Both the position numbers and the translations under genes were made by a program. Of a stretch of 64,000 nt of DNA, positions 34,270 to 47,929 are shown one piece after another. The notes beneath the pieces were generated by a model that was not told the DNA's origin, searched no databases, and was given only the letters and a program-made list of their open reading frames with translations. The first letter of the stretch is position 1. Every line of letters starts with the position of its first letter. Origin of the DNA: Dicyema japonicum (lineage: Eukaryota; Animalia; Dicyemida); the NCBI GenBank assembly GCA_011109175.1, contig RDEW01000022.1, positions 291,834 through 355,833 on the forward strand. The letters run 5' to 3'.

Positions 34270-35580
34270 GGTTCCTATATGATACAATCATACTCTATTG
34301 AACATACGCATACGTTCTTTCACCTATATTCAAAGATCTGGCATTCTTCCACGAATGTGAAGTCACTAGACCATCCCAAGTGAGTACAATCGGGACAATC
34401 TTGACCTCTGCGTGGTGCATCAACTCCAGCTCTTTGGAAAAAAGGTCATACTTCCTCAGTTTTTCGCATTCCACCTGCTGTAGTTTTTGGAAGATGTATT
34501 CCCACATCGACCAAGATAATTTTGTTTTTCCTTTTATCAAAAACGAACAGGTCTGGCTTGTTATGCTCAATAATTATGTCTGTTTTGATAAAGGTGTCAA
34601 CTCTGATTTCAATTGACATTCATTACAATGGATTGCACTTAACGAGTCTTCAGTTTCTTCTCGTTTTTGAGACCAAACTCTCTGAAAAAGTGGAAATGTA
34701 GACACCTCACGACTTCGTTATGTCTTCTTACGTAATCTCCATGCAACATCTTTTCACACCTTGTGGCACAATGATCCACGGTCTGGCACACCTAGACTTC
34801 TCGTCAGTAGAGTCTTCGTAAAAAAACTTTTCAATATAACAGAATGTGATCTCCATTGTTCAATTCATATCCTCCTTCCATTTTGAGGGCTCAAATTTCT
34901 TTGTAGTAAGAGTTTGGTAGGCAGTTTGCCCAGCATAAATAATAGAGGAAATTTGATAAATAGATGTTGGGTGATTGAATTTAATACAAGCATTAATAAA
35001 ACGCTTCAGGCATTCGAGAATATCCACATCAAATTTTACATAAGGAATTTTTTTCGTATGGGGCCTTGAAGAATGGTCAATTGACTGATTCGTCCGTAAC
35101 TCCTCACGTTCACAACGAGCATACAACTTAACCTCAATAAATGTCGAAGACATATCAGGCTTAGAAAATGTGGTCCCCTTCGAATCATGTTCATTGCTTG
35201 GTAATTATTGGAGTTTTTGGGCGTATATCAGTTTTCTGAACTCAGGCATTGTTATTTCCTCTCCAAGCATAGACTTGAAACCTTCCAAGAGAAAAGCCCA
35301 CCCATTTCTGGGGACACGACCGAGTCTAGAGCGCGTGCTTTCAATAACCGAGGTAGCCCATTGTTCTCGACAATCAGCTGTTGAGGAAGACATTATTGCT
35401 CGTAAAACCGGAAATTTCGTGTTGTTTTGCTGAGGACGAATCCTAGAAACATTCGCGTTGGAGACATGTCGGACAAGCTCGGCGGCCGTTCGATTTGGGT
35501 TTTCTTTACTCAATTCGACAGAGAAGTCCGCATAATCAGATGAATTTAGATGATTCTTATCAACAAAAACCATTAACCAG
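34270..35580 (-). mobile_element. R4/Dong-like RLE non-LTR element, internally deleted (no RT seen)
   Basis: IYAGQTAYQTLTTKKFEPSKW (N-terminal) and ITSQ..LQQVECEKLRKYDL..VKIVPIVLTWDGLVT..AYVQ (RLE C-terminus). Confidence 0.6.
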
Positions 35581-36369
35581 AAATGTGTTTTTTATAAAAA
35601 GAAAAACTAACCAAAATCTTTATTAAAATACAGAATAATAAAATTCAAAACGTCTTCGGTTTTAAAAATTCGGTCTTTAGATAGTAATTTGTCCAATAAA
35701 GAAAAATTTCTTTAAACAAATAATGATGTGGAAGAACACTTTTTCAAATAGTTGTATACATATGGAGAAATATGTTGTTTTTCCATTTTTGAGATAGAAA
35801 GTACTTGATTGACAGATAATCTTGATTCAGTACTTCCTGATTCCACATAAATCGTCCCCGAAATGCAATTTCTGAATGTGTTCTACCGCGTCTCGCAAAA
35901 TTCTTAGAACATCGTCAATTATCTGACAGATAATCAAAGAGTTAGCCGCAGAAGTCAATGACGACAAGATATTAAAAATATTTTCTTGGGTTCAGAAATT
36001 TTAAGTGTATTGACATATTTCTGTCCTCGGATATCAGTTTCATCAATCAAAAAAAATTATTTGAATCTATAATGAATGAAAATAAAACCTGTAAAGCTGC
36101 TTCTGGCATAAGTTTTCTACACTTTTTCGGCAAGCGTAAGTAGAAGGAAGATTATGTCCAATACTCTTAAACAAGTCTCGTAAGCTTTACTGTTTAACTT
36201 ATGCGAGGGAATATCGGATTCGACAAAAGCATTAGTGAATTATCAACCCATTTATCGGCAGATGGGAAGAGAAAATCAATGGGTTTTATATTATTTGATA
36301 TGCCTAATAGACGATCTATGTGATTCAATAAAAATTGCTTTTTTTGCAGTTACAAATGTTAGTTAGAAC

Positions 36370-36860
36370 ACATTCGCGTTACCAGTAAACACATGATTTC
36401 GCTTGTACCATTTTTTTCGATTATCCTTTCCATTAGTGTTCTTCATCCTTTTCATTGTCTTGCTCGATTCCTGATTTCGTCCAGATCGTCCGCATCCATC
36501 AGTCGGCCCTCGATCACTGCGCATTCCTCCGCGAGTGTCTTTGGAAGACAATTTCTTGGATGTCTTCTGAATGCAGAGATACAGTATGGCCGAAAAAATC
36601 TTCCATGGCGGCATTGTATGGTTTCTGTTCACCCATCCGTATAAAATGTCCAAAAAGGCGTCAGCAGGCTTCAAATACGTTTAGACTTATTGGTCCACAA
36701 TCAGTCGGTTTGTATAATTTATTGTTTGCTTTCCGAGACTAGGAGTTTTTTTAGATGGCCTCTGTGAAAAGAGTCAAGTTGTTCCATAGTTACTAATCCC
36801 CCACATAAATTCCAAAAAAGATTTCCTGTGATTTGATAAAAAACTAATCAGGATATTTTC
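36370..36860 (-). mobile_element. RTE 3' fragment
   Basis: QLDSFHRGHL..RLFGHFIR..NAAMEDFF..DLDEIR, homologous to the end of copy A. Confidence 0.6.
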
Positions 36861-37100
36861 TAAAACAGAGTAAATATTTTCAATGTCATTATTGATTGAA
36901 CGCGGCAACATAGTGAATGGTGATAATTGATCCCACGCTCGCATTTATTTAAAAACTCGAAAAAATTAAAAAATGAAAAATAAAAATCAATAAATTTTTT
37001 GACTTTTTTTGACATTACCCAAAATTTTGACTTTATAACTTTTGATTAATATAATATTTTTGACTAAAAACTACATTTTTACATTTCTTTAATTAATTTA

Positions 37101-38170
37101 GCGTGGGTCATGTGGTTCACTATTTATGGTGCGTCGGATGTAGTCCTAAACTATATCTAAAAGGAACCATTTGCTCTACTAACCAGAGGACGTCCGACTG
37201 GACAGCATTCTCTCCATGTTGGAACATTTCATCCATTGAGATTGTTGACTTCAGGAGACGTGGAACAATATCCAGACCCAATGAAGTTAACAATCTAGAG
37301 CGTAAACATAAACGGGATCAGAGGAAAGATTGCCGAACTTTCCTTATTCTTGGAGAGGAACATAGTAGATATCTGCCTTCTCCAGGAAACGAAGCTTTTA
37401 AAAAACATTCCTACTCCTCTTTTTAATGGATACAACACAATAAGATCCGACCGTCCATCTGTCCAAGAAGGGAGTCTACTGGGTCTTGTAGAAAAGGAAA
37501 AAATATCTTGAGAACCCTTCTTACAATGATTACAAAAATGCAAATTTGACTGGCTTTACAAATTCTGTTGACTCAAAACTGCTAAACTTCTACCCTGAAA
37601 AATTCTCCTCCATAGACAAAGCACTATACAATCATTGACGGGAGAAAAATTTTTGCCAGAAAAGCATATATAAAATAAAATACGACTCAAGAACAAAGAA
37701 ATAGTTATGGAAAGAAACACCCTTAAGAGAATGGCACATCGATCACGAGAAGTCATTAATCGAATCAGGGCACTAAACATTCTGATCACGAAAAAGACGT
37801 ACAATATTCGAAGGAAGAAATCATGCAAATCTCTGCTGCCATGAATAATCAGATGTCAATTTCCAACATGTGGAAGATGTTGATGTGTCTGAAGAACCCA
37901 GAATACGAAGATAACAAATGGCCCCGCTTACTTATTTTCTTCCTAAAAATGTATTCAAATCAATATCAAATCATAAAAAAACACACTCATGTGACCCAGA
38001 CGGAATTCCTCTTATTCCGCTGAGACACTTGGGCCCAGCATCAATAAATGCATTGACAATCACTACAACACATCGCTAAACATAAATACAAAACTTTATG
38101 GAAACTATCAAAAATTCGTCCAATATTGAAACCGGGAAGACCGAGATCTGATAATAAGTCATTGAATCGT
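37101..38170 (+). mobile_element. Ingi/Vingi-like 5' fragment with degenerate structured module and 2A-like motif
   Basis: P2 TGGTTC/GAACCA (37113-37169), P4 GATGTAGT/ACTATATC, SGDVEQYPDP (37251-37280), then APE start. Confidence 0.7.
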
Positions 38171-39233
38171 CAACATATTTGATGTGTTCAACATTCAAAG
38201 CTAAAAATTTCGATTGAAAATTCTCACTCAGATCCATCTCACGTGACTAAAAACTTAACACCACCTCCCAACTCTTAAAAGACTCATCATCTAGATGGCT
38301 CAAGAGCATTATTATATTAAATATTATTTGCATGAACACAATATCATATCTTCTGAATGGTAATCCTCACCAAATCTCCCTTCCAACTAGTAATTAGTGA
38401 TTCGTCCACGGATGACCACGTGACTGAGATTTGGCGTGGATATTTAAAGAATTTTGAAATATCGCCAATGAGATCAAATTTGAAGGTAAAACTTCAATAT
38501 AAAATCAAATCAACCATCGATTGAACATAAACCAATAACGGTTAAGCCACGTGAGCAGATGAAGGTTGTTAGGTACGATTCTACTCCACTTTCTCACATA
38601 ATTGGAAGGGGGTGACTTTAACGGCTCCACGGCATTTGATCGGAAAACATTGATTGTTTTCTCAACCAGAACGGTGTAGTCAGCTTTCACGGAATTGCTA
38701 TAAATTAAAAATTATGACAAACAGCTTTGATTTGATGAGATTTATTTTGTAATATAGTTCAATGTTGAGTTTATTACGCAACTTTTCTCTCGGAAAGTCA
38801 AATTCAGAGTCTTCAATTGACGTTTTTTGTTCTATGAGATTCTCGATGTTCGCTAATAGTTCAGGAAATGTGTTATTCATGATCTAATAAATGATATAAA
38901 TTTTTACTTCAACATAAGAGTCAAAAAGGTTATCAATTTCGTGTATACACTCTTTTATAGCAATAAATACGGAGCAGTCCAAGTCTTCACCACGTCCAAT
39001 AGAAAGCATACGATTTAAATTTAAAAATAAATTAATTTAAACAATTTATTAGTTTAAACAATTTATATGATTTAATAAATTAATTTAAACAATTTATCAT
39101 CAAAACGTCCATAACATACGACCTACTCTTTACCTTCAGCAAACACATCGACAACGTCATCTCCTCGGCACAACGAAAGCTAAATTTTGTTAAAACACTC
39201 CTTGGACAGTATAATGGGTGTTTCAACTCAAAT

Positions 39234-40054
39234 TTGGACTCGCTCTACGTGCAGTATATTAAACCGTCTCTAAGCTACGGAAGAAAGGAGTGCTCGGAGA
39301 TGATTTCTGTGAAAAGAATTCAACTTTTCGAGTTCCTGTATGTACATGCCGATGTACGGGCATTATATAATAGGATTGGTCTCACTAGGGCATTGTATAG
39401 TCTCATTCGAGTTTTAGAGTCAGGCCCTTTGTGCAGAAGCCAGGTCTTCTTCATTTTGTTGAAAGCGACATTAGTTAGTGTCTTTCTTCGTGTTATATCT
39501 TCAGTGTCACCGAGGAAGGATCCTAGTTTTTTTTTATCTACGCCAGTGCTCCTCGGTCTTTTCCTCACTTCTTTTTAGCTCCGTGATTTCGGTTTTGTTT
39601 ATTTTTTACTTTTAATGACCATTCAGCCATTTTATCAGGCATTTTCTCCAAAAGTGAAATTAACTCTTCTTTGTTATTCGAAATAAAGTCCACGTCGTCC
39701 GCATATGCTATTATGCTCGTTCCTTCTCCGATATGAGGCTTCAAGAGCTGCCTCCAGATAAATAATAAACAAAATCAAGGATAATGGATCTCCTCGTGAG
39801 CTGCCTCCAGATAAATAATAAACAAAATCAAGGATAATGGATCTCCTCTTGAGCTGCCTCCAGATAAATAATAAACAAAATCGGGATAATGGATCTCCTT
39901 GAGAGGTACCAATTGTCGTTTCAAATGTCCTCGATAAAGCTTTCCCAGTCCTGACCATCCTAATCGTTGAGCCCTCCAAGAAGTGCTCCAGTAGTTGCAG
40001 CAGCTTGTTTTTGTTGACGGAATCAAAGGCCTTTGACATATCAATTTTTTTCAA
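39234..40054 (-). mobile_element. RTE RT fragment containing a 53-bp triplication
   Basis: DMSKAFDSV, QGDPLS, YADD. Repeat units start at 39745, 39798 and 39851. Confidence 0.8.
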
Positions 40055-40089
40055 ATTAAATAAATATTGTATAATTATTCTTAACTATT

Positions 40090-40480
40090 TTAGTCCTCTT
40101 CAGAGCATTGGACATGTCGATCTTAAATCGTCGATAATATAGCTAAAATACGGTGACAACTCACCTCGATCGGAGCTGTTGTACACGTATATGCAAGACC
40201 ACAATATTTTTTGAGGTCGATCAATAAATGCATGTCCCCACTGTAAGTCAAGGAGCATGTCGGTTGATCATTTAGCCACTCGATACTAATCCATACTCTG
40301 CCATGACTATTCGTGGAGGCATAACGAGGTAGTAAGGAGTCTTAATCTTCTATTATACAATGAGTATGGTATTCGCCACACCAGAAAGTTGCGGACACAT
40401 AAGGTGCAATCTGTAGTAGAGAACACCATGGTCCAAATCAAGGTAGATATCATAGAAGTTAGCATTACGTCTCAAGACAG
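40090..40480 (-). mobile_element. Possible CRE-like RT fragment
   Basis: Ends in KIDMSNAL, an RT motif typical of CRE elements; otherwise heavily decayed. Confidence 0.35.
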
Positions 40481-40490
40481 TGATTTTTTA

Positions 40491-42160
40491 GCGTGGCGTC
40501 ATGTGGCTCACTTGATGCAACAATTCTGGAGGCGCTCAAAATGCTCCTAATGCATTATCAAAAAGAGCCATTAGCTCTCTTCCACCGGGGGTACATGTCG
40601 CCCCCGGTCGACGGATTACTGGTCTGGCTACAGCTTCTCGGATTCGCATCCTACACAAGTCAAAGGACCGGATCTCCGTTATACAACTGAATGTGAATAA
40701 AAGGCAAAATTATTGAACTTAGAACTCTGATTGTTAAACTTAAAGCTGACATTGTGCTCATCCAAGAATCGAAGCTATCAGCAAAAGATACTACGCCCCT
40801 CTTTCCCGATCGCACTAAGAAACGTGGAGGAGGACTACTTACATTAATCAGAAAAGGCATAAAGTATGAGGACCATAGACTCGAAGCGAAGAAACTTTTG
40901 GGGAGTGATGAAACCACGGAGACAATCGGAATATCTGTCGGCACAACAAAATTAAGACTATATTTTGTAAACATGTATATTCCGCTTCCGGCTCATGTCG
41001 GAAACATTACACTATGTCGGACTTATCAGCACTGGAGATTTTGAACGAAGTCGTGATATGCGGCAATTTGAATGCCAAACACCCTCTCTGGTTCTTAAAT
41101 CAGTCTGCAGATACAAGAGGAAATCTGCTGTTGACGCAGTCTGGCATTCTGACAATCATCAATGACCCCTCAAAACCACAAGAACACCTCAAAGGAACTC
41201 TGACAATCCAACCTCCCCGGATATCACACTCTGTTCACCACAGCTTTCAACAACGATTAATTGGTCCGTCATCTACGACACCCGAAGTGATCATAATCCT
41301 ATTCAGCTAAAAATCAAAAGCGAAATTACCAGTGGAAAAAAGAAACCTGCATATACAATCTTGCAAATTGGCAATTATTCCGATCAGTTACAGATTAGCA
41401 TTTGGCTAATATACAGCTGGAAAACTTTACCTCCCTTGATATAGTTGTTGCCTACGTCAACAAAGTCATCTTGGAAGCAAGAACAATGACTGTCCCTAAA
41501 AGATATGTCGTTTACACGAGAGAGTACGGAAGAAGGCTCTGGTCAAGGAACGAAACCGTCTCAAAAAAGCAGGGATTCGTTCCTCCAGATCAAATATCCG
41601 TCTAAAAGTGATGAACAAGAAAATAAAAGCCAATGAATTCAAAATACAGAGAGCTAAATGGAAGATGGTCTTTACGTCAATAATTCGTACCGGTCAACAT
41701 CCGAAGTCTGGAAGACTATTCGAAATATCTCGAAGGTGGATGAGAGGACACCCGGAAATGACGAATTCTGCCAAAATGACCTAAACGCCCTAATAAAATA
41801 CTACGCGAAAATCTCTCACAACAACCACATGAGGACTTACCACCCAAACCGCCGCTAAAAAACCGAAAAGGGATCAATTAACTTATTTCACGGAAAAGGA
41901 GGTAGTGGCATCCTTAAGCCAAACAAAAGTAACACATTCTCATTGTCCAGACGGAATTCCCATAATCCTCCAGAAAAACCTAGGCAATGAGGGAATCTGT
42001 ACCCTGACCAAAATCTACAACTGGTCGATTAATTATAACTCAATCCCAACGGTATGGAAACTTGCAAACATTTGCCCAGTATTGAAGCCAGGAAAACCGA
42101 AAGAAGACCCTTCAGGCCTTTCTCATGCTCCATGTCAAAAATTCTGGAAAAGCTTATATT
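40491..42160 (+). mobile_element. Ingi/Vingi-like 5' half (structured module, APE, start of RT)
   Basis: P1 GGCGTC/GGCGCT, P2 TGGCTC/GAGCCA (40495-40570); LIQESKL, GGGLLTLIR, CGNLNAKHPLW, VWKLANICPVLKPGKP. Confidence 0.8.
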
Positions 42161-43029
42161 AATTTAATTATATAAGACCGTTTGCAGACTGTGGAGGTAG
42201 GGAAAAATAGCATGTATGACATACTTGCAATCGAGATGAGCAGATCCTGGTTAAAGGTCCTCGTTATTCCAATAGTAATGGCGTAAGACGGAATTGCAAC
42301 AAAGTACCACAAGGGTTATCTAAAACAGTTAGGGGTAGATAAGAAGCTAACTTTTTTTATTGTTGGTTAAATAAAGTGGTTTAAGGTTTTTAACTATTTA
42401 TATTAATAATTATGATTGATCTCTTCACAACCCTGAACAATCTCTTATCCTATAGAGAATGTTTTGTTGACTGCACATTCGGAGCCATGACCCTTGATCC
42501 TGCGAATTTTAATATTCTTTGCGTTTTTATCATTAAATAAAGTGAATCCTCGCCAGTATTTAAATTTTCCACATTTCGAAAAATTTTCTAACAATCATGT
42601 TCTCATTATTAATTAGCCAATTTTTAAATTGCAAAATTACTTTGGAAGACATATCCTACGAGACAATTAGGTTCAGAGTTTCAATCTCCAACAACGAAAA
42701 TCAGACAATTTATATAGACGATGCAGCAATCGGTAGAAAAGTTGAAGATTTTTTATATTAAATACACTGAATAAGACAATTATAAAAATTCTTTAGAAGG
42801 TTCAGAAAATAGTAAATAAGAATCGGAAAACAAGACAAAATGGATATTGGAGTTATATTAACACCAATAGAGAGGAACTCTAATGTTGAGAAGTTTTGCT
42901 CATTTCTTTAACAATAAAGTACAAAGTATGTATAAACAAGTATAAAAATTGGATAGTAGTCGTGTAATAGTTTAAATGATGATTTTTGGCTTATTAATAA
43001 TAATAATAATAATAATAATTAAGCCATTT

Positions 43030-45420
43030 TTGCGTGTTTGAATATGCCATGTGGTTCGCTGACTACTGTTGGCATTTGGAAGAAAAGAGCCACACTTTAC
43101 TCTATCTTCACCGGTGGACCAACAAAGCCTAACCGTTGCGGGGAAGTTGAGGCAAACCCTGGACCAGCCAAAATAGTTCAACTCAATATAAATGAAATCA
43201 AGAACAAGATAATTGAACTTAGAACTTATTTAAAAGACATGCTGATAATCCAAGAATCCACACTTTCCCACGATAATACAGCACCAAGATTCCTAGGATT
43301 CATAGTCATTCGTCGTGACAGACCTTGGTAACTTGATGAGGCCTTCTCACACTAATTCGTAACGGAATTCCGTTTGCGTATATAACTGAAAATATCTATA
43401 GTATGCTCAACGAACATGGAAATCTCGAACTTGTGACTATGAAAGTACGATTCCCAAGAATTTTAATAATATTGGTCAACGCACATCTACCGCCTTTGAG
43501 TTCCTTCTCTTTCTGTGCTCCCAGAAACACTCTTCTCACTTGACTGAGGGATGTGATTATCTGTGGTGACTTCAATGCGAAGCACCCATTATGGTTGACA
43601 ATACAAGCCCATGACAAAAGGGGAAGATGATAATTGAGGACCTTCACAGTCTCTGCATAATCACGAACAGGATTTCCACACATGAACACCTACTCGACGT
43701 AACAATAAACCCTCATCCATTGAAATCTTTCTGTCATCTCCATCCCTTGCCCTTCTTATTGACTTGTCAGTGAAATATGACACTATAAGTGACCACAATC
43801 CAATATTTTGGAGGTAAAACGAGGCTACAGATGAAAGGACAGTTTCCGACAATAATTAGTGACCCTGGGGGTAATAATAAGGAATATTTGTCAAGGTGTT
43901 CTACAAAGTTCAAGAACTATTCGAAGGCGGACTGGATTGGTTTTAGCGCGTTTGCGGACAATAGTTTATTCGGCTTCGCTGTTCAAAACTTTCCAATTGA
44001 TAAGGCAGCCCAGATATTAACCTCAGTAATTCTGAGGCCGACAAAATGTTTATCTTCCTATCATCTTACAAAAACTTTAATCTCAAATTATCTTCGGACA
44101 TCCTGGCACTCATCAAAAATGGGATAAGTTGAAGAAAACCGGCTCTCTCAATTTCAGAATATACCAACTAATCCGTGCTAACCACATAAAACAAATGGAG
44201 TTGGCTTGCTAATCGACTAAGCTACAAAAAGTCGTGTGGCACCTTCTGGAAAACAATGAGAAGTATCAAGTCCTATAAACGAAGATGGCGGCGGAGTGGA
44301 AACCGTTACCCACAGTGATTCGGAACCTGCACTCAAATTTGCAAATAATCTTATGAAATATTATGTGATTATTAGCCACAGAATATCTCTCGCTCTCTGC
44401 ATGTGAGGATGTGGTCCACAACAGAAACCATATACTACTTACTTCACTCCCCATGATGTGGACAATACTATTAAATTACGTACAACTTTGGTGTCTATAG
44501 ATATACAGAAAGCCTTCGACTCTGTTTCAAGGACACTCTTTACAAAAAAAATTATTAATTCAAATTTACATCCGAACATCATGCTATTTCTTACGTGGAA
44601 GAGGCCAGATTGGAAAAATTACTTCAAAATCAAGATTATTCCCAAATGCAGCCCAGAAGGTTCCCCTTTTATCTTATCTTCTATTTAATTTATTTCTATA
44701 CGACTTAAGTACCACCACAGATTAGAAACCATATAATCTTACGTGGACGACCTGATTATCGCTGCAAGAGAGAAATCCCCTTCCAGGGCTGTAGCGATGG
44801 TTCAGTCACACCTCAACCAGATGTGTGACTGGCTATCCTAGATTTTCACATCTGTGTCTCAGTTCACCCTATTTACTACGGAATGGAGATTTAACCATTC
44901 CTATTCGGTCTACGCGAATCCAGAAAATCCCTGTAGTGACATTCGACTCTATGACATTCTCCAATCATACTGAGGAAGTGCTAACTAATCCACTTCGAAA
45001 GTGGAACGTCCTAAAATCATAAAGAATCTTCAAGTTATTGGGCCAACAATTGAATATGCCTTTTCTGCCTCGATATTTGCTCTTCCCTCTTCGGGGTTGA
45101 GCGTATGGACTCTCTTAAGCAGAAGATCATGTGGCATATGCAACCAGACATCACATTCATCCCCAGTCTACTTTTAGAGGCGACGACGTTAAGAAATAGC
45201 CAGGGCTTCCTATGTATATGCAAGAAACTAGGAAACCTATTCAGAGAAAGGGCGGCCCATGCGGAGGAATCAAGATAGATAATAAAAAAGTGCACTCCTA
45301 TATAATTCCTCTGCAGATATAAAAGAAGACAATTCCGGAATGCTGGCGAAATTCGAGAAATGTTTGAGGCTGCGATCATTTAATTAGTGAGTTGATACTT
45401 TCTTGGTGGTCTTGGAGTTT
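43030..45420 (+). mobile_element. Near full-length, decayed Ingi/Vingi-like LINE (~2.4 kb) with both termini
   Basis: P1 ATGCCA/TGGCAT, P2 TGGTTC/GAGCCA; CGEVEANPGP (43137-43166); APE; DIQKAFDSV; YVDD; 3' end AAII-TAA-TTAG plus stem. No RNase H recognised. Confidence 0.8.
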
Positions 45421-46049
45421 TTAAATAATCATACTTAAATAGTCATACTTTTTGTGTTCAGGGGCTTTTAGATGGAAGCCATGAACACTTTGCTCTCAAT
45501 AATGAAAATGGATCTAATACACGTTAAAAAGGCATTAGAAGACGCAGACAGCCTCCGAAAATCGCAATCTCAAGAAGAGCGTGGAGGAAGGATATAACTT
45601 TGTTATTACGAATGTACATATAATAAATTGACAAATTCGTAAGGAACCCAAATGGCCAATATGCGAGTGTATTTTATATTATTCTCACGAGTATGGACGG
45701 AAATTGTGAGTCCATTTACTATGATTATAATACTGCTTAGGAAACTAATTTAGAATAATGGGGAAATAATATTGATAAATGGACTCTTCTGATGGTTTCC
45801 CATTGGAGCATCACGGAAAACAATCGGACAATCTCATCGGAATAGAACAGGTTGACTAAACTACTATAACAAGTGGTATTTATGATACTTTAGTTAGATG
45901 ACGTCACCAATCAAGAATATCGAATAAACTTGATCAATATTAACAGAGACTATAAAATACTACTATGATTATATTAGTATAGGAGTACGTCACTATCAAA
46001 TACAAATTGTAAAAATCAAAATAATCCAATTGAAATATTTAGAAAGGTC

Positions 46050-46589
46050 ATGGTTACGTCAAAAATAAATATTTATACTCGAGGAGCCGTTCTCGGGGAA
46101 ATGAAGAGGCACTGGGAGGAAATGCGTGGAGGTAATAATAATAATGAAGTTTTAGCCCATTATGGTGATCTTGAGTCTGAAGAAGAGGCCGTAGAAGAGT
46201 ATGATCCCGAACATGAAGACGTAGAGTTTTACTTAGAGAAATGTGACTATAAAAAGAAGTTGAGTCTGATTAAAGAGGATGATCTAATAAACTTTATATA
46301 TTCAATCGTGAAAATGTACGATGAAAAGTATTTTCCCGATTTTTACAAATACCTCATATATATTAAAGAAGAAGTCGTCCTCTCAAGGGTCTGTTTCAAT
46401 GTTGACGTGCTCTATCCGTTGATCAAATCTTACAGAAAGTTTTATTTTAAGAAAATCCGTTCAAGTAGTGAATCCCTCAACTTTATTGTGAACTTTACGG
46501 ATGTTAATGACTTTAGTGATCCAGGAAGATTGGGCAATCCTCAGAAAGAAATTGGGGATATTTCCGAATCTGATGAAAACACACAGTAA
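46050..46589 (+). CDS. Unassigned 179-aa acidic ORF, probably an exon of a host gene
   Basis: 540-nt stop-free frame in AT-rich DNA. No family recognised. Confidence 0.4.
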   Translation: MVTSKINIYTRGAVLGEMKRHWEEMRGGNNNNEVLAHYGDLESEEEAVEEYDPEHEDVEFYLEKCDYKKKLSLIKEDDLINFIYSIVKMYDEKYFPDFYKYLIYIKEEVVLSRVCFNVDVLYPLIKSYRKFYFKKIRSSSESLNFIVNFTDVNDFSDPGRLGNPQKEIGDISESDENTQ

Positions 46590-47341
46590 CTATTCTTTTA
46601 TAATGACTTTCTTTAAATTTGAAAGCGAATTAGTAGGAAGTAACATTAAGTCTACTGAATTTGTTAATTCGGTTAATCAATAAGGGAGCTAAATAACATA
46701 GTACTATGGGATTGTGAGCGAATTCTACGAGTTTCACATTATCTCTCTTAATGTGGAGGGCACAATACGATGATATTCAGTGGTTATCAAAAACATTGAA
46801 TAGTATTCGCATAGAATACACATATGGGATGAGTTCCAACAATGCAATAAGACTCATATCTGTAGAGAAAGTGCACACTAAACTTAGAATTTAAATGAAG
46901 AGCCTAAGCTGAAGGGAACACTAAAAAAAACACTCTTATGGGGCTGTTGAAGATTATCTGCTTAGTTTCTTCAATTCCTAGATTACATCTTCACTTCAAT
47001 TCCTAGATTTCTGTGAATCTCATAACTCTAATAACTAGCCAATAATTCCCTGATCCGCCTCAAAATGAACTCGTCCAAGTCCTTTCAATGAATGTGCCAG
47101 ATGAGATTTGAAGCGTAGTGATACTTCCTCGCTTTGATACATTGTATATCCAATCCCTCCTGATTCCAGCATTTCGTCCATCAACGATAGAAAATGGGAA
47201 CTAGAGATCACATAAAAGCGACACAATCATTCGACTGGTAGACCACAATATATGGTTTAAATGCTTTAAGAAACAGTGTAGAGATATTTATACCATTTAA
47301 TTCTACCATTTTTTATTATTAACATTATATAAATATCATTC

Positions 47342-47650
47342 ATGTGGTGCTGCGTGGTTAATTGATTGAAGTTTTCTTGCTTGCTTGTCTGTTCCTCCTC
47401 TCTCTTCCTAATATGTGATCCATCTGTCTAGGTACGCCCAGTGCCAGGCCGGCACGAAAAAGGATCATTTGCTCTTCCCCACTCCACTGGAGGGGTTTTT
47501 ACAACTGCATGTAATGGACGTCTTACCTTTTATGTTGATTCCGGATGGACTCTGTTTCTGTATAAGTGGAAAACTGGATACACTTAATTAGTTGTTCACT
47601 TTAACTTCATTTCGGTGTATCGGGGTTAAAAATTAATTAATATAAATTAA
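47342..47650 (+). mobile_element. Second copy of the short non-autonomous element; lacks the 5' strand of P1
   Basis: Highly similar to 26347-26660 with the same start (ATGTGGTGCTGCGTG). An 11-nt deletion removes gagtggcgtca. Confidence 0.85.
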
Positions 47651-47929
47651 ATACCCACATTTATTATAAAAAAAAAGGAAAAAGAATAGTTAATGTTAAT
47701 TCAGCTGTTGGGAGATGCACAAGCTATTCCCACGGACAACAGCCAACGAGAGCCTCTCCTTGAGCCATCTCGTCTCACGAAGATCACCAAAAAAAATTAA
47801 ATTAATATAAATTAAATTACCCACATTTATCATTAAAAAATATAATTTAAATTATTATTTTCTGATATAAAACTTTTTTTGGTTGAGCTGGTGATTTCTT
47901 GAACTCAATGTCTGGAAAACACAGTATCA

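Noticed and set aside
35640-36360. Possible hAT-like remnant or host exon; similar uncertainty at 25290-25860, 28600-29130 and 38170-39000
   Set aside because: Short open stretches only, with no family motif I can support.
43325-43375. ttgatgaggcc resembling a hammerhead CUGAUGA core
   Set aside because: No matching GAAA core or stems. It is the decayed GGGLLTLIRNG codon run of the APE domain.
45066-45085. ATTTGCTCTTCCC shared between LINE C-termini (also 21107) and the sequence just after the 5' fold
   Set aside because: At these sites it encodes the (R/I)FALP motif and no P1-P4 helices precede it. Treated as coincidence.
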